Notes: generated from the sequence alone by a model not told the origin. A DNA stretch of 64,000 nucleotides from Gammaproteobacteria bacterium (GCA_028279365.1 JANQNX010000011.1:16118-80117); one strand, 5' to 3'; numbered from the stretch's first letter, positions 1-13,008 are shown. Numbers and translations are program-made.

Positions 1-1408
1 TCGGATTTGCCTTACCTTGTGATTGTTTCATCACCTGACCCACAAAAAAGCCGATTAATTTTGCCTGTTTTTCAGGCGGACTGGCGAGATATTGTTTTAC
101 CTGATTATCATTTTGGCTGATGACATCATCCACCAATTTTTCTATCGCACCGGTATCGGTTACCTGTTTAAGGTTTTTCTTTTCGATAATTTCGTCGGCA
201 GTGCCTTCGCCATTCCACATGGACTCGAAAACCTGCTTGGCAATCTTGCCGGAAATGGTGTCATCATTAATACGTATAATCATGTCGGCCAACATCTCTG
301 CGGTAACGTTTGATTGATTAATGTCTTTATTTTCCCGATTAAGCGCAGCGGTTAATTCACCATTAATCCAGTTTGCACATAATTGTGCTGAGCTGTTTAC
401 TTTTTTTGCGCAGCTCTCGAAGTAATCAGCCAGATCATTTTGTGCTGTCAATATTAAGCTGTCATTTTCGTTAAGACCATATTCCTTGATAAATCTTTCT
501 CGTTTGGCATCGGGTAGTTCAGGTAATTCCTGACGAATGCTTTCTATTTGTTCAGCACTTATGCAGATAGGTAATAGATCCGGATCAGGGAAATAACGAT
601 AGTCGTTGGCTTCTTCCTTACTGCGCATAGAACGAGTTTCATTTTTATCTGGATCGTAAAGACGTGTTTCCTGAACCACCTCGCCACCGTCTTCAAGCAA
701 ATCAATTTGTCGTTCAACTTCAAGATTAATTGCCTGCTCGACGAAACGAAATGAATTAATATTTTTTAATTCAGCTCGTGTTCCAAATTCCTCCTGACCT
801 TTGGGACGAATCGAAACGTTGGCATCGCAGCGAAATGATCCTTCCTGCATATTGCCGTCGCAGATCCCAAGATAGCGAACTAACGAATGTATCTTTTTCA
901 TATAACTCACGGCTTCTTCAGCACTGCGCATATCGGGTTCTGAGACAATTTCAAGCAACGGCGTGCCAGCGCGGTTCAAATCGATACCGGTATTGTCACC
1001 AAATCCTTCATGCACCGACTTGCCGGCATCTTCTTCCAGGTGCGCGCGGGTAATACCAATCCTTTTACTCTTTCCATCTGCAAGCGTGATATCAATATGC
1101 CCATTGGCTACGATGGGCAGTTCAAACTGACTGATTTGATAACCTTTCGGTAAATCCGGATAGAAATAATTTTTTCTGGCGAATACCGATTGCTCCGGAA
1201 TAGTGGCATCTATCGCCAGTCCAAATTTGATGGCCATGGTGACCACTTCCCGATTTACTACCGGCAATACACCAGGTAGGCCCAGATCTACCGCGCAGGC
1301 CTGAGTATTTGCTTGCGCGCCATATTCAGTTGCTGCACCGGAGAATATTTTACTGTGGGTTGCAAGCTGGGCGTGAATTTCCAGGCCAATGACAGTTTCC
1401 CATTCCAT
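1..1408 (-). CDS. gatB: Asp-tRNA(Asn)/Glu-tRNA(Gln) amidotransferase subunit B (3-prime end runs off the window)
   Basis: Absent from the ORF track because it is open at the window edge. My reverse translation from the ATG at 1408-1406 reads [16 protein letters not shown]..., a GatB-type N-terminus. The start overlaps the gatA stop (TAATG). It sits in gatC-gatA-gatB order. Confidence 0.9.
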   Translation of the reverse strand, partial: MEWETVIGLEIHAQLATHSKIFSGAATEYGAQANTQACAVDLGLPGVLPVVNREVVTMAIKFGLAIDATIPEQSVFARKNYFYPDLPKGYQISQFELPIVANGHIDITLADGKSKRIGITRAHLEEDAGKSVHEGFGDNTGIDLNRAGTPLLEIVSEPDMRSAEEAVSYMKKIHSLVRYLGICDGNMQEGSFRCDANVSIRPKGQEEFGTRAELKNINSFRFVEQAINLEVERQIDLLEDGGEVVQETRLYDPDKNETRSMRSKEEANDYRYFPDPDLLPICISAEQIESIRQELPELPDAKRERFIKEYGLNENDSLILTAQNDLADYFESCAKKVNSSAQLCANWINGELTAALNRENKDINQSNVTAEMLADMIIRINDDTISGKIAKQVFESMWNGEGTADEIIEKKNLKQVTDTGAIEKLVDDVISQNDNQVKQYLASPPEKQAKLIGFFVGQVMKQSQGKANP

Positions 1409-2862
1409 TATGCAAAGGCCTCAGGTGTACGTTGATGCCAATCAGTAGCAAGTTGGAATTGATGCGCTACGTTCAATAATTGTGACTCTTTAAAATAATT
1501 ACCAATTAATTGTAGTCCAATTGGCAGGCTACTAACGAAACCTGCCGGTATTGAAATAGCGGGTATGCCGGCAAGATTAACCGATACGGTATAAATATCG
1601 GATAAGTACATGCTCACTGGGTCATTGATTTTTTCATTGAGTTTGAAAGCCGGTCCGGTCGCTGTCGGACCAGCGATAATATCCACCTCATTAAATGCGG
1701 TCTGAAAGTCATCGCGAATCAGGTGTCGGATTTTCTGTGCTTTAAGATAATAAGCATCATAGTAACCGGCTGATAACACGTAGGTGCCTATCATGATGCG
1801 TCGTTTTACTTCATTACCAAACCCTTCAGCCCGGCTGCGGCAGTAAAGGTCAGACAGATCCTTCGGGTCTTCGCAACGATAACCAAAACGTACACCGTCA
1901 AATCGTGACAAGTTGGATGAACACTCTGCTGGTGCGACAACATAATAGGCCGGGATTGATAGATGTGTATTGGGTAATTCTATTTCCTTACATATCGCAC
2001 CCAGCTTTTCGAGTTGTTTAATGCTGTCTTCAATAACGCTGGCAACCTCAGAATCCAGACCGTCATCAAAATATTGTTTCGGTAAACCGATCTTGATCCC
2101 TTCAATCGGGTTGTTTAATCGTTCCGTGTAATCTTCGACAAGTTGATCACTTGAAGTTGAATCTCGTTCATCGAAACCGGCTAACACATTCATCAATAGT
2201 GCTGCATCTTCAGCTGAGCGCGTCATTGGACCGCCTTGATCAAGGCTGGAGGCATAAGCAATCATGCCGTAGCGCGATACCCGACCATAAGTCGGCTTTA
2301 AGCCGGTAATACCGCACATTGATGCCGGTTGCCGAATGGAACCACCGGTATCGGTACCGGTTGCGGCCGGGCAAAGCATGGCGGCTACTGCACTGGCGGA
2401 ACCACCGGAAGAACCACCTGGTACATGGTCAAGATGCCAGGGGTTTTTGACAGCGCCGTAATAACTGGTTTCATTGGATGAACCCATCGCGAACTCATCC
2501 ATGTTGGTTTTACCCAAGGAGATTAAACCTGCCTGATTGATTTTTTCGACAACGGTGGCGTCATAGGGTGCGATGAAATTGTCCAGCATCTTTGACCCGC
2601 AGCTGGTTTTAATCCCATTGGTGCAAAAAATATCTTTATGCGCAATGGGTATGCCGGTCAAACGGGACGCACTATCAGTGCCGATAATATTATCAGCATC
2701 CTTAGCCGCAGCGAGCGCTTGTTCTTCATTGATGGTGATGAAACAGTTCAACTGCTCGTTATGTTTCTTGCAGCGTGAAATGAAATGCTCAGTGAGCTCG
2801 GTACTGCTGATTTGTTTTGAACGAAGCGCCTCTGACAAACCTGCCAGTGTTGATTGATGCAT
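1408..2862 (-). CDS. gatA: Glutamyl-tRNA(Gln) amidotransferase subunit A
   Basis: 484 aa with the amidase signature [13 protein letters not shown]. Lies between gatC and gatB. Confidence 0.95.
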   Translation of the reverse strand: MHQSTLAGLSEALRSKQISSTELTEHFISRCKKHNEQLNCFITINEEQALAAAKDADNIIGTDSASRLTGIPIAHKDIFCTNGIKTSCGSKMLDNFIAPYDATVVEKINQAGLISLGKTNMDEFAMGSSNETSYYGAVKNPWHLDHVPGGSSGGSASAVAAMLCPAATGTDTGGSIRQPASMCGITGLKPTYGRVSRYGMIAYASSLDQGGPMTRSAEDAALLMNVLAGFDERDSTSSDQLVEDYTERLNNPIEGIKIGLPKQYFDDGLDSEVASVIEDSIKQLEKLGAICKEIELPNTHLSIPAYYVVAPAECSSNLSRFDGVRFGYRCEDPKDLSDLYCRSRAEGFGNEVKRRIMIGTYVLSAGYYDAYYLKAQKIRHLIRDDFQTAFNEVDIIAGPTATGPAFKLNEKINDPVSMYLSDIYTVSVNLAGIPAISIPAGFVSSLPIGLQLIGNYFKESQLLNVAHQFQLATDWHQRTPEAFA

Positions 2863-2874
2863 GGATAAGCCTGT

Positions 2875-3162
2875 TTATTCTATGACTTTGGGAACGAGGT
2901 AATAGCCATCTTCGGTCAGCGGTGCGTGTTGCTGGAAACGTTCGCGCTGGTCGGTCTCCGTCACGGCGTCCGCTCGCAAACGAGTCACCATATCTAACGG
3001 GTGGGCAATGGCAGAAACCTGGCTGGTATCGGCCGCATCCATCTGTTCGACTAAATCCAGAATGCTTGATAGTTCTTCACTAAAAACTGTGTTTTCCTGG
3101 TCATTAGTTTCAAGTCGGGCCAACCAGGCAATTTTCTCAACTTCTGATTTATCGAGGGACAT
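2875..3162 (-). CDS. gatC: Glutamyl-tRNA(Gln) amidotransferase subunit C
   Basis: 95-aa acidic protein directly upstream of gatA, divergent from mreB as in Pseudomonas. Confidence 0.9.
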   Translation of the reverse strand: MSLDKSEVEKIAWLARLETNDQENTVFSEELSSILDLVEQMDAADTSQVSAIAHPLDMVTRLRADAVTETDQRERFQQHAPLTEDGYYLVPKVIE

Positions 3163-3397
3163 AAAGTACGAGTTCTTATTTATTGAAAAAATAGGAATTT
3201 ATCACATTCCATAGCTTGCCCAAAGCGCCACCCATTGCTAAAGTTACGTTTTTCATCGAAGAGTGATCTGAGCGAGGTTCAGTGTCGCTAAACATACGAA
3301 AAATAAGAGCTTTGAGGAATTCAGCGTTAGACAGGCGCTTACTAATCCTTCCCCTAAAGTTTACTGTCTCAACATAATATCTAACTTGCTGGTTTAA

Positions 3398-4447
<1,050 letters not shown>

Positions 4448-4468
4448 CACTTACGGCGGAGGTTTACC

Positions 4469-5326
4469 ATTAACACCCTGTTTCAAAGAAGTGCTTCTGC
4501 GAATATACGGTTTGTGGTGTTTAGCCTTTTGTCTGTTGCCTTAATGGTAGTGGACCATCATAAAGATTATCTTGCCAATGTACGCTCCATGCTTTCCGCG
4601 TTGGTGTATCCGCTGCAGTATGTCGTCAACCTTCCGTTTGATGCAGCAGAGTGGGTAACCGATCAGATGGTCACCCGACAAAGTCTGGTTGCCGAAAACG
4701 AGCGCTTGAAACAGGAACAGCTGCTGTTCAACTCCAAATTACAACGCTATGAAATTCTTGAAACCGAGAATCAACGCTTAAGAGAGTTACTTGAGTCTTC
4801 ATTCAGGCTAAATGACAAAGTGTTGATTGCTGAATTGATTGAAGTACAGCTGCAATCATTCAGGCGACAGGTTGTGATAAATAAAGGCAAGCGTGAAGGT
4901 GCGTATGATGGTCAGCCCATCGTGGATGCTGCCGGTATTATGGGACAGATTATTCATGTCGGACCGTTTTCCAGTACCGTGTTGCTGATTACCGATCCTA
5001 ACCACGCTCTTCCTGTACAGGTTAATCGCAATGGTCTGCGAGCGATTGCCGTTGGCACTGGCCGTGACGACCGGTTGGTATTGGAGCATCTACCAAACAA
5101 TGCTGATATCCAGGTTGGTGATCTGATCATCTCATCCGGCTTAGGCCGACGTTTTCCTTCCGGTTATCCGGTGGGACAAATAGAACAGATTTCATTAGAC
5201 CCGGGCGAATCATTTGCAAAGGTCACGATACGTCCCAGCGCGCAGTTAAGTCAGAGTCGTGAAGTGTTAATGGTGTGGCCGTATCAGCATAATCAGCTGG
5301 ATACTGAGGAACTCGCAAGCAAATGA
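4469..5326 (+). CDS. mreC: Rod-shape determining protein MreC (proposed ATT start; the ORF-track start is GTG at 4514)
   Basis: Coiled-coil plus beta-barrel MreC-like sequence. The conserved cytoplasmic N-terminus (TLFQRSASANIRF, compare E. coli PIFSRGPSLQIRL) lies upstream of the GTG. GGAGG at 4458-4462 sits 6 nt before the in-frame ATT at 4469. Confidence 0.85.
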   Translation: MNTLFQRSASANIRFVVFSLLSVALMVVDHHKDYLANVRSMLSALVYPLQYVVNLPFDAAEWVTDQMVTRQSLVAENERLKQEQLLFNSKLQRYEILETENQRLRELLESSFRLNDKVLIAELIEVQLQSFRRQVVINKGKREGAYDGQPIVDAAGIMGQIIHVGPFSSTVLLITDPNHALPVQVNRNGLRAIAVGTGRDDRLVLEHLPNNADIQVGDLIISSGLGRRFPSGYPVGQIEQISLDPGESFAKVTIRPSAQLSQSREVLMVWPYQHNQLDTEELASK

Positions 5327-5817
5327 TCCCCGCTAATCAGCCTCAACACGGTAGTGGCATTATTTTCTTTAGTTTCGTGATTGCCATCATGTTGACAGCC
5401 ATGCCCTTACCGGATTGGGCGACCAATTGGCGTCCAGCCTGGGTACCGATTGTGTTGATCTACTGGTGTATGGCGGTGCCGGATAGAGTTGGGGTGAGTG
5501 TGGCCTGGATGTTGGGCTTAATACTCGATGTGATGCAAAGTAATATCCTGGGACAGAACGCGCTGGGTCTGGTGTTGATCGCGTTTATTACTTTACAGTC
5601 TTATCAGCGCATGCGTGTTTTCCCGTTAGCGCAGCAAGCGGTACTCGTCTGTTTTTATCTGTTGTTATATGAACTGATCATGCTTTGGATCATGATCAGC
5701 ATCGGTACTAATACTCAGGACTGGACCTACTGGATGCCAGCGATAACCAGTATGTTGATCTGGCCCTGGTTATTTATCGTACTCAGAGATTTGCGAAGAA
5801 AATTTCTCATATCGTGA
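5323..5817 (+). CDS. mreD: Rod-shape determining protein MreD
   Basis: 164-aa polytopic membrane protein. Its start overlaps the mreC stop (ATGA). Position is conserved. Confidence 0.85.
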   Translation: MIPANQPQHGSGIIFFSFVIAIMLTAMPLPDWATNWRPAWVPIVLIYWCMAVPDRVGVSVAWMLGLILDVMQSNILGQNALGLVLIAFITLQSYQRMRVFPLAQQAVLVCFYLLLYELIMLWIMISIGTNTQDWTYWMPAITSMLIWPWLFIVLRDLRRKFLIS

Positions 5818-5832
5818 ATTAATGTATTTTGA

Positions 5833-7695
5833 ATGGCGAGGGAATTTAAACTCAAAGACAACGAACACGAAGCATTATTAATAGCAAGGCGTGTCTATTT
5901 TTCTGCGGCAATCGTTATCTTGCTAATACTGATGATTGTCTCCAGGGTATTTTACCTCACTGTTATTCAACACGATCATTTCACTACTTTAGCCAAATCC
6001 AACCGGGTCAAGATCACGGCAGTCCCGCCAATCAGGGGATTAATTTATAGTCGTGACGGTGTGGTGCTTGCCGAGAATAAGCCGTCATTCAGTTTGCAGG
6101 TAATTCCTGAACAAATAAATGATATTGATGCTGTGATTGAAGAATTGCGGCAGTTGATTGTTATCGAAGATGAAGATATCAAGCGTTTTAAACAGGCGAT
6201 AAAGAAACAACGTCGATTTGAAAACGTGCCGTTACGTTTTAATTTGAATGAAGAAGAGGTCGCCATATTTTCGGTCAATCGCCATCGATTCCCGGGCATT
6301 GAAGTGATAGCCGGTTTAAACCGTTTTTATCCTTATCGTGATGAACTGGTTCATGCTATCGGCTATGTTGCCAGGCTAGACGAAGATGATTTTCAACGCC
6401 TTGATCAATCAAACTATCGGGGGACAACCCATGTTGGTAAGTTGGGGATCGAAAAGGCATACGAATCAGTCTTGCATGGAGAAGTCGGTTATCAACAGGT
6501 GGAAGTCAATGCCCAGGGTAGGCTGATTCGTGTACTCGAACGCAGCGCCCCCAAGCCGGGGGAAAACCTACATCTCACCATTGATGTAAAACTGCAGAAA
6601 ACGGCGATTGATGCCTTAGCCGGAAGAAAGGGCGCGATTGTTGCCATGGATCCAAATAACGGTGACGTGCTGGCGTTCGTGAGTACGCCGGGTTATGACC
6701 CGAACAAATTTGTCAATGGCATCGATAACAAATCCTATCAGTCATTACTTGCTTCAAAAGACAAGCCGCTAATAAATCGTGTTACCCAGGGTAAATACCC
6801 ACCTGGCTCGACTATTAAACCTTTTATGGGACTGATTGGAATGGAGAACGGAATACGTACCTTCGAAAATGAAAGTTGGTGCCCGGGCTGGTATTCGTTA
6901 AAAGGTCATGAACATCGCTATCGTGACTGGAAAAAGCAAGGCCATGGTTATACTGATCTGCATAAAGCAATTACTCAGTCTTGTGACGTTTATTTCTATA
7001 TTCTTGCCTATGAGTTGGGTATTGATCGTATTCATGCTGGTATGTCACGGTTTGGCTTTGGTCAACCGAGTGCGATTGATATCAGTGGTGAGTCAAAAGG
7101 CTTGCTGCCCTCCAGAGACTGGAAACGCCAGGCATTGGGGCAGCCCTGGTATCCGGGAGAAACTCTTATTATGGGGATTGGTCAGGGTTACGCGCTATCG
7201 ACACCAATTCAGTTAGCTAAGGCAACGGCAACACTGGCGAATAAAGGTAAAGTTGTGACGCCCCGGTTGGTTGCCTCTACCAGCAATGTCATGACCGAAG
7301 AAAAACAAACCATACCGGCTAAACCTGAAAAACAAATAAAAATAAATAATGAAACTTATTGGGACGATATTATTGGTTCTATGCGTGATGTGGTGCATGG
7401 TCCCGGCGGCACTGCCTGGCGCAGCGGTTTGAACGCGCCCTATGAGTTTGCCGGTAAAACCGGCACGGCACAGGTCATTGGTATTGCTCAGGATGAAGAG
7501 TACAACAAGGATGAGATCGCGGAAGAGTTTCAGGACCACGCACTTTTCATTGCCTTTGCCCCGGTCGAAAACCCGACAATAGCTATTGCCATCATTGTAG
7601 AGAATGGCGGCGGCGGCTCGAAAACGGCCGCGCCGATTGCCCGTAAGATGCTGGATCAATATATGTTAAGACCGGAAATGGTATCGAAAGGCTAG
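5833..7695 (+). CDS. mrdA: Penicillin-binding protein 2 (elongasome transpeptidase)
   Basis: 620 aa with an N-terminal TM anchor and the motifs STIK (SxxK), SCD (SxN/D) and KTGTA. Confidence 0.93.
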   Translation: MAREFKLKDNEHEALLIARRVYFSAAIVILLILMIVSRVFYLTVIQHDHFTTLAKSNRVKITAVPPIRGLIYSRDGVVLAENKPSFSLQVIPEQINDIDAVIEELRQLIVIEDEDIKRFKQAIKKQRRFENVPLRFNLNEEEVAIFSVNRHRFPGIEVIAGLNRFYPYRDELVHAIGYVARLDEDDFQRLDQSNYRGTTHVGKLGIEKAYESVLHGEVGYQQVEVNAQGRLIRVLERSAPKPGENLHLTIDVKLQKTAIDALAGRKGAIVAMDPNNGDVLAFVSTPGYDPNKFVNGIDNKSYQSLLASKDKPLINRVTQGKYPPGSTIKPFMGLIGMENGIRTFENESWCPGWYSLKGHEHRYRDWKKQGHGYTDLHKAITQSCDVYFYILAYELGIDRIHAGMSRFGFGQPSAIDISGESKGLLPSRDWKRQALGQPWYPGETLIMGIGQGYALSTPIQLAKATATLANKGKVVTPRLVASTSNVMTEEKQTIPAKPEKQIKINNETYWDDIIGSMRDVVHGPGGTAWRSGLNAPYEFAGKTGTAQVIGIAQDEEYNKDEIAEEFQDHALFIAFAPVENPTIAIAIIVENGGGGSKTAAPIARKMLDQYMLRPEMVSKG

Positions 7696-7703
7696 ATTGA
7701 TTA

Positions 7704-8795
7704 ATGGAACAACAAACTCTAGGCCAGCGTTTGCATATCGATTTCCCTTTATTATTGGGTATTGTTGCACTGTGCAGTATTGGTTTGGTGGTGTTGTACA
7801 GTGCCAGTAATCAAAATATTGATTTAGTCTACCGACAGGCAATTAAACTGGTGATTGCCATGGTTATTATGTTGGTCGTTGCGCAGTTACCTCCCGCTGA
7901 CATTGCCCGTTCTTCACTATGGCTTTACCTGATCGGTATTGTGTTGCTGATTCTGGTGTTATTTTATGGCGATGTCGGTAAGGGCGCACAGCGTTGGCTT
8001 GATCTGAAAATATTTCGTTTTCAACCTTCCGAGCTAATGAAGCTGTCAGTGCCGATGATGATTGCGTTTTATTTGTCGGATAAATCTTTGCCGCCTAACT
8101 TCTCCAGGATACTGCTGGTCTGTGTGTTTATTGTGGTACCGGTGTTGCTGATTGCCAAACAGCCTGATTTGGGTACGGCCTTGCTGGTTGGTACCGCCGG
8201 GTTTGCGGTGCTTTTTATTGCCGGTATTTCCTGGCGATTATTGATGGCGATGTTCGTTCTTGCCGCTGCCGCAGCACCATTACTTTGGTATTCGATGCAT
8301 GATTATCAAAAAAGACGGGTGTTAACATTTATTAACCCTGAAAATGATCCTTTAGGCGCCGGTTATCATACGATTCAATCCAAAATTGCAATCGGATCCG
8401 GCGGCTTTTATGGTAAGGGCTGGCTAGAAGGAACACAGTCGCATCTGGAATTTTTACCTGAGCGCTCGACCGATTTTATTTTTGCCGTATTTTGTGAAGA
8501 ATTCGGGATGCTGGGAGTATTATTGTTACTATGCATCTATTTATTTATCATTGCTCGCGGTCTGTATATCGCGGTTAATGCGCAGCATACCTACGGCCGC
8601 TTATTGGCCAGTGCACTAACCTTAACATTTTTTGTCTATGTTTTTGTCAATATGGGTATGGTGACGGGGCAACTCCCTGTTGTGGGTGTGCCTTTACCCT
8701 TAGTCAGTCACGGCGGGACATCGATAGTTACATTAATGGCGGGGTTTGGTATCTTGATGGCAATACACACACATAGACGTTTTCTTTCATTCTAA
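7704..8795 (+). CDS. rodA: SEDS-family peptidoglycan glycosyltransferase RodA
   Basis: 363-aa, roughly 10-TM FtsW/RodA-family sequence immediately after mrdA. Confidence 0.95.
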   Translation: MEQQTLGQRLHIDFPLLLGIVALCSIGLVVLYSASNQNIDLVYRQAIKLVIAMVIMLVVAQLPPADIARSSLWLYLIGIVLLILVLFYGDVGKGAQRWLDLKIFRFQPSELMKLSVPMMIAFYLSDKSLPPNFSRILLVCVFIVVPVLLIAKQPDLGTALLVGTAGFAVLFIAGISWRLLMAMFVLAAAAAPLLWYSMHDYQKRRVLTFINPENDPLGAGYHTIQSKIAIGSGGFYGKGWLEGTQSHLEFLPERSTDFIFAVFCEEFGMLGVLLLLCIYLFIIARGLYIAVNAQHTYGRLLASALTLTFFVYVFVNMGMVTGQLPVVGVPLPLVSHGGTSIVTLMAGFGILMAIHTHRRFLSF

Positions 8796-8797
8796 TC

Positions 8798-9793
8798 ATG
8801 CTGAAACGAGTAATCATTCTTTGTATTTTATCTGGTTTGTTAACGCCAACTTTGTTTGCTAACGAGTCCATTTTAGTCAATCAGGATGAGTTTGTGTTAC
8901 ACATGCAAACTGAGCATGATTTTGCCGTGTCTGATCTCACTGCTCTACTGAGCAAAGCAAAAGTATCACAATCCATTCTTGACGCCATATCCAGGCCGGC
9001 TGAAAAAAAGTTGGTTTGGCATGAGTATAAGAAGATTTTTATCAAGCCAAAGCGGATTCAACAAGGTGTTGATTTCATGCAACAACATGCCGCTACGTTT
9101 GAACGGGCAGAGAAACAATTTGGTGTACCAAAAGAGATCATCGCGGCAATTATTGGTGTAGAAACTTTTTATGGCAGGATTACTGGTAACTATCGTGTTA
9201 TTGATGCGCTCAACACGCTTGCGTTCCATTATCCAAAACGGGCAAACTTTTTTAGAGGAGAACTTGAGCAGTTTTTGCTACTCTCTCGAGAGCAAGGTTT
9301 TGATCCACTCACACTAACTGGTTCCTATGCCGGCGCAATGGGCATGCCGCAGTTTATTTCCAGCAGTTATCGGCACTATGCAATCGACTTTGATGATGAT
9401 GGTGTTATTGATATCTGGAATAATCCGGTCGATGCGATTGGTAGTGTCGCGAATTATTTTGTCGCGCATCACTGGCGAAAAGGCGAAGCAATAATTGATA
9501 AGGTCGAAGTGACTGGCGAAGACTATCGTACTGCCTTGACCAAAGGTTTGTTGCCTGATCTTGATACAGGAGACCTGGCTAAACTGGGTATCTCCAGTCC
9601 AGTGAATTATTCAGATAATGAAAAAGTTAAGTTATTGGCATTTACTCAAAAAGACGGTGATGAGTATTGGTTAGCCAGAAAAAACTTTTATGTCATTACC
9701 CGCTATAATCATAGCGAGCTTTATGCGATGGCGGTGTATCAATTATCACAACGAATTAAAGAACTGAGTCAGCCATCGCTGGCATCACATTGA
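8798..9793 (+). CDS. mltB: Lytic murein transglycosylase B
   Basis: Signal peptide present. MltB/SltB-type motifs GVETFYGR and GAMGMPQFISSSY. Position matches sltB1 in Pseudomonas. Confidence 0.85.
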   Translation: MLKRVIILCILSGLLTPTLFANESILVNQDEFVLHMQTEHDFAVSDLTALLSKAKVSQSILDAISRPAEKKLVWHEYKKIFIKPKRIQQGVDFMQQHAATFERAEKQFGVPKEIIAAIIGVETFYGRITGNYRVIDALNTLAFHYPKRANFFRGELEQFLLLSREQGFDPLTLTGSYAGAMGMPQFISSSYRHYAIDFDDDGVIDIWNNPVDAIGSVANYFVAHHWRKGEAIIDKVEVTGEDYRTALTKGLLPDLDTGDLAKLGISSPVNYSDNEKVKLLAFTQKDGDEYWLARKNFYVITRYNHSELYAMAVYQLSQRIKELSQPSLASH

Positions 9794-10632
9794 TGAGATA
9801 CCTGACGTTAAACTTGATCAAGCTGGCCATATGGATCGTGTTAAGTGTGTTATTTGCAGCGTGCAGCCAACCAGCAAAGAAAGCAACGGTTTCTGATTCG
9901 GCCCCGGAAAAATCAATTGATGTCAGCAAGATACCTGATGCGGTACCCCGCAATGAACCCAGGAGCCGTTACGGCAATCCTGAGTCCTATGAAGTGTTTG
10001 GTAAACGTTATTATGTCATGGAAAGCAGCCAAGGTTTCGTCGAACGTGGGGTTGCTTCCTGGTACGGTACCAAGTTTCATGGTCGGCGTACTTCAAGTGG
10101 TGAAACCTATGATATGTATGCCATGACAGCAGCGCATAAAAATTTACCGCTGCCGACCTATGTCAAAGTGACAAACCTGAAAAACAACAGGCATGTTATT
10201 GTCAAAGTGAACGACAGGGGGCCGTTTCATGAGAATCGGATTATCGATTTGTCTTATACCGCTGCAACCAAACTCGATATTGTCAAACAGGGTACTGGTT
10301 TGGTTGAGGTTGTTGCATTAGAACCTGGTCAGCCTTTACCTGTTTCGAGAGATGAGGGTGCGCCGGTAGTTGATACGTCGATTCAAGACAGTGAAGTCTC
10401 CGGTTTTTATATACAAGTCGGTTCTTTTTCTGAATTGACCAATGCACAAAACATGAAAAGAAGGCTCGACGCATTGGCAGGGCAACAGGTAAACATTAGT
10501 CCAATTGAACTCGCCGGGAAAACGCTATACCGAGTTCGTATTGGTCCATTAACCGATATTGATACATCGGATGAAATCGTCTCGCAGCTACAACAGTACG
10601 GTGTATCTGAGCATCGCATTGTTGTAAATTAA
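9790..10632 (+). CDS. rlpA: Septal ring lytic transglycosylase RlpA (DPBB plus C-terminal SPOR domain lipoprotein)
   Basis: Lipobox LFAAC. The DPBB segment SWYGTKFHGRRTSSGETYDMY...VNDRGPF is present. The C-terminal region is SPOR-like. Confidence 0.9.
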   Translation: MMRYLTLNLIKLAIWIVLSVLFAACSQPAKKATVSDSAPEKSIDVSKIPDAVPRNEPRSRYGNPESYEVFGKRYYVMESSQGFVERGVASWYGTKFHGRRTSSGETYDMYAMTAAHKNLPLPTYVKVTNLKNNRHVIVKVNDRGPFHENRIIDLSYTAATKLDIVKQGTGLVEVVALEPGQPLPVSRDEGAPVVDTSIQDSEVSGFYIQVGSFSELTNAQNMKRRLDALAGQQVNISPIELAGKTLYRVRIGPLTDIDTSDEIVSQLQQYGVSEHRIVVN

Positions 10633-10658
10633 TTCACACCGCTAAGTTTATTTATATT

Positions 10659-11804
10659 GTGACTATGAAATCTTTTTTGATCGCCAATTTATTTGGTTTA
10701 TTTATTTTATCCCAGTCAACGCTGGCAAATACCATGATTATCCCTGCGCCGCCGAAGATAAAGGCGTCGTCTTATCTGATCATGGATTTTGCCAGCGGCG
10801 ATTTCCTGGTAGAGGAGAATATTGACGTTGCCTTACCGCCAGCCAGTCTGACCAAAATCATGACGGTCTATGTTGTAGCCAGTGAGCTGAAAAATGGCAA
10901 GATTAGTCTGGATGATGAGGTTTTAGTCAGTGAAAAGGCCTGGCGCACCCAGGGTTCAAGGATGTTCATTGAAGTGAATAAGCAGGTCAAGCTGGATGAT
11001 CTGCTAAATGGCGTGATCGTGCAATCCGGTAATGATGCTAGTGTTGCGTTGGCAGAATATATTTCCGGCACGGAGAGTGTGTTTGCTGATTTGATGAACA
11101 AACATGCCGAACGTCTGGGTATGACGAATTCAAATTTTCGAAACAGCACCGGACTGCCAGACGATAACCATTACACCACGGCCAGAGATTTGGCCATTCT
11201 GGCTAATGCTTACATACGTGATTATCCGGAAATATACGCAAGGCATAAGATTAAGGAATTTACCTTTAACGATATCAAACAGCATAATCGTAATAAGCTG
11301 TTGTGGCGTGATCGCAGTGTCGATGGGATCAAAACCGGCCATACCGAAGCGGCGGGCTACTGCCTGGTCGCCTCTGCAGTGAGAGATGACATGCGTCTGA
11401 TCTCGGTGGTCATGGGTACCGATGGTGCCAATGCTCGAGCCAAGGCAAGTCAGGCATTACTGAATTACGGTTATCGTTTTTATGAATCACATAAGCTATA
11501 TAGCAAAGGCGATACGATTACCAATGTGCCGATATGGAAAGCCGATACTGAGACGATCAATCTTGGTATTGATGAAGATGTATTTGTTACCATCCCTCGT
11601 GGTCAATATGAAAAGATTGAACCTATTGTAGAAATTGATAATCGTGTCATCGCACCGGTTACGCAAGGCGACAAAAAAGGCATGCTCAATATTCAACTTC
11701 AGGATAAAACACTGGCATCAATCCCGTTGATTGCACTGGAGTCAGTCTCGGAAGGCGGGCTGATCAATCGGGTAAAAGATAACATCCTGTTAATGTTTGA
11801 ATGA
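10659..11804 (+). CDS. dacA: D-alanyl-D-alanine carboxypeptidase (PBP5/6 family)
   Basis: Signal peptide present, with SLTK (SxxK), SGND (SxN) and KTGHT motifs. The track start is GTG at 10659; ATG at 10665 is an alternative. Confidence 0.9.
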   Translation: MTMKSFLIANLFGLFILSQSTLANTMIIPAPPKIKASSYLIMDFASGDFLVEENIDVALPPASLTKIMTVYVVASELKNGKISLDDEVLVSEKAWRTQGSRMFIEVNKQVKLDDLLNGVIVQSGNDASVALAEYISGTESVFADLMNKHAERLGMTNSNFRNSTGLPDDNHYTTARDLAILANAYIRDYPEIYARHKIKEFTFNDIKQHNRNKLLWRDRSVDGIKTGHTEAAGYCLVASAVRDDMRLISVVMGTDGANARAKASQALLNYGYRFYESHKLYSKGDTITNVPIWKADTETINLGIDEDVFVTIPRGQYEKIEPIVEIDNRVIAPVTQGDKKGMLNIQLQDKTLASIPLIALESVSEGGLINRVKDNILLMFE

Positions 11805-11807
11805 GTC

Positions 11808-12647
11808 ATGTCACTGGTTTATCTAAATGGCGAGTTTAAGCCGCTTGAATCAGCAACGCTCAATGTATTGGATAGAGGTTTTACTTTTGGGGATGGCGTC
11901 TATGAAGTCATCCCTGTTTTCAATCGTAAAGTGTTTCGTTTTGAGCAGCATATGCAGCGACTGACAAATAGCCTTGAGTCTATTTATATGTCGTTAGACA
12001 TCACCAATCAGCAATGGCAGGAAATATTTACTCGATTAATTGACGACAGCCCTGACCCGCATCAATCAATCTATTTGCAGGTTACGCGTGGCGTCAGCCC
12101 GCGCGACCATGATATTGACCTGGCCGATGAACCAACCGTATTTGCGATGTCGCGACCCATTCAGAAAAAAGATTTGTCTGCCGGTATCAAGGCGATCTCG
12201 CATGAAGATATTCGTTGGTCACATTGTGATATCAAGGCAATTACGTTATTACCTAGCGTTATGTTAAGACATCGGGCAAAACTAAAAGGCGCGAAAGAAG
12301 CAATATTGTTCAGGGATAATATGCTGACCGAAGGTGCCGCTAGTAATGTGTTCATAGTAAAGTCTAATATTGTTTATACCACACCGAAAAATCACCACGT
12401 GCTCCCGGGGATTACACGCGACTTATTATTGGAAATACTGGAACGTGCCGGCGTAGAGTATCAGGAACAGTCGGTCTCCCTTGAGTTTGTTAAAAATGCC
12501 GATGAAGTCTGGGTAAGCAGCTCGACCTGGGAGATTGTACCCGTGACCCAACTTGATGAGGATACGATTGGTGATGGAAAACCTGGCGCGCTTTATGAAA
12601 AGATTAATCGACTCTATCTAGACTATAGAGATAACGGTGTCAGCTAG
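11808..12647 (+). CDS. dat: D-amino acid (D-alanine) aminotransferase, fold-type IV PLP enzyme
   Basis: Blocks [46 protein letters not shown] and LPGITR match my recollection of Bacillus Dat. Confidence 0.8.
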   Translation: MSLVYLNGEFKPLESATLNVLDRGFTFGDGVYEVIPVFNRKVFRFEQHMQRLTNSLESIYMSLDITNQQWQEIFTRLIDDSPDPHQSIYLQVTRGVSPRDHDIDLADEPTVFAMSRPIQKKDLSAGIKAISHEDIRWSHCDIKAITLLPSVMLRHRAKLKGAKEAILFRDNMLTEGAASNVFIVKSNIVYTTPKNHHVLPGITRDLLLEILERAGVEYQEQSVSLEFVKNADEVWVSSSTWEIVPVTQLDEDTIGDGKPGALYEKINRLYLDYRDNGVS

Positions 12648-13003
12648 TGGAGATATTCAAACTTTTCACGATTGAAGCGGCACATCGCTTGCCTAATTTA
12701 CCTGCAGAACATAAATGCAGTCGCTTGCACGGCCATTCGTTTCAGATCGAAGTGCATGTTGAGGGAGACGTCAGCCCGCATACTGGCTGGGTGATGGATT
12801 TTGCAGAGATCAGTAAGGCGTTTAAACCGATATTTACTACTTTGGACCATCATTACTTAAATGAAATTGAAGGGCTGGAAAATCCGACCAGCGAAAACCT
12901 GGCAAAGTGGTTATGGCAGCGCTTAAAACCGGAGTTACCCCTGTTATCGTCAATCGTGGTCAGAGAAACTTGCACCTCAGGCTGTATTTATAAAGGGGAC
13001 TAA
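12647..13003 (+). CDS. queD: 6-carboxy-5,6,7,8-tetrahydropterin synthase
   Basis: 118 aa of PTPS/QueD type: [27 protein letters not shown]. Confidence 0.85.
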   Translation: MEIFKLFTIEAAHRLPNLPAEHKCSRLHGHSFQIEVHVEGDVSPHTGWVMDFAEISKAFKPIFTTLDHHYLNEIEGLENPTSENLAKWLWQRLKPELPLLSSIVVRETCTSGCIYKGD

Positions 13004-13008
13004 GCCCG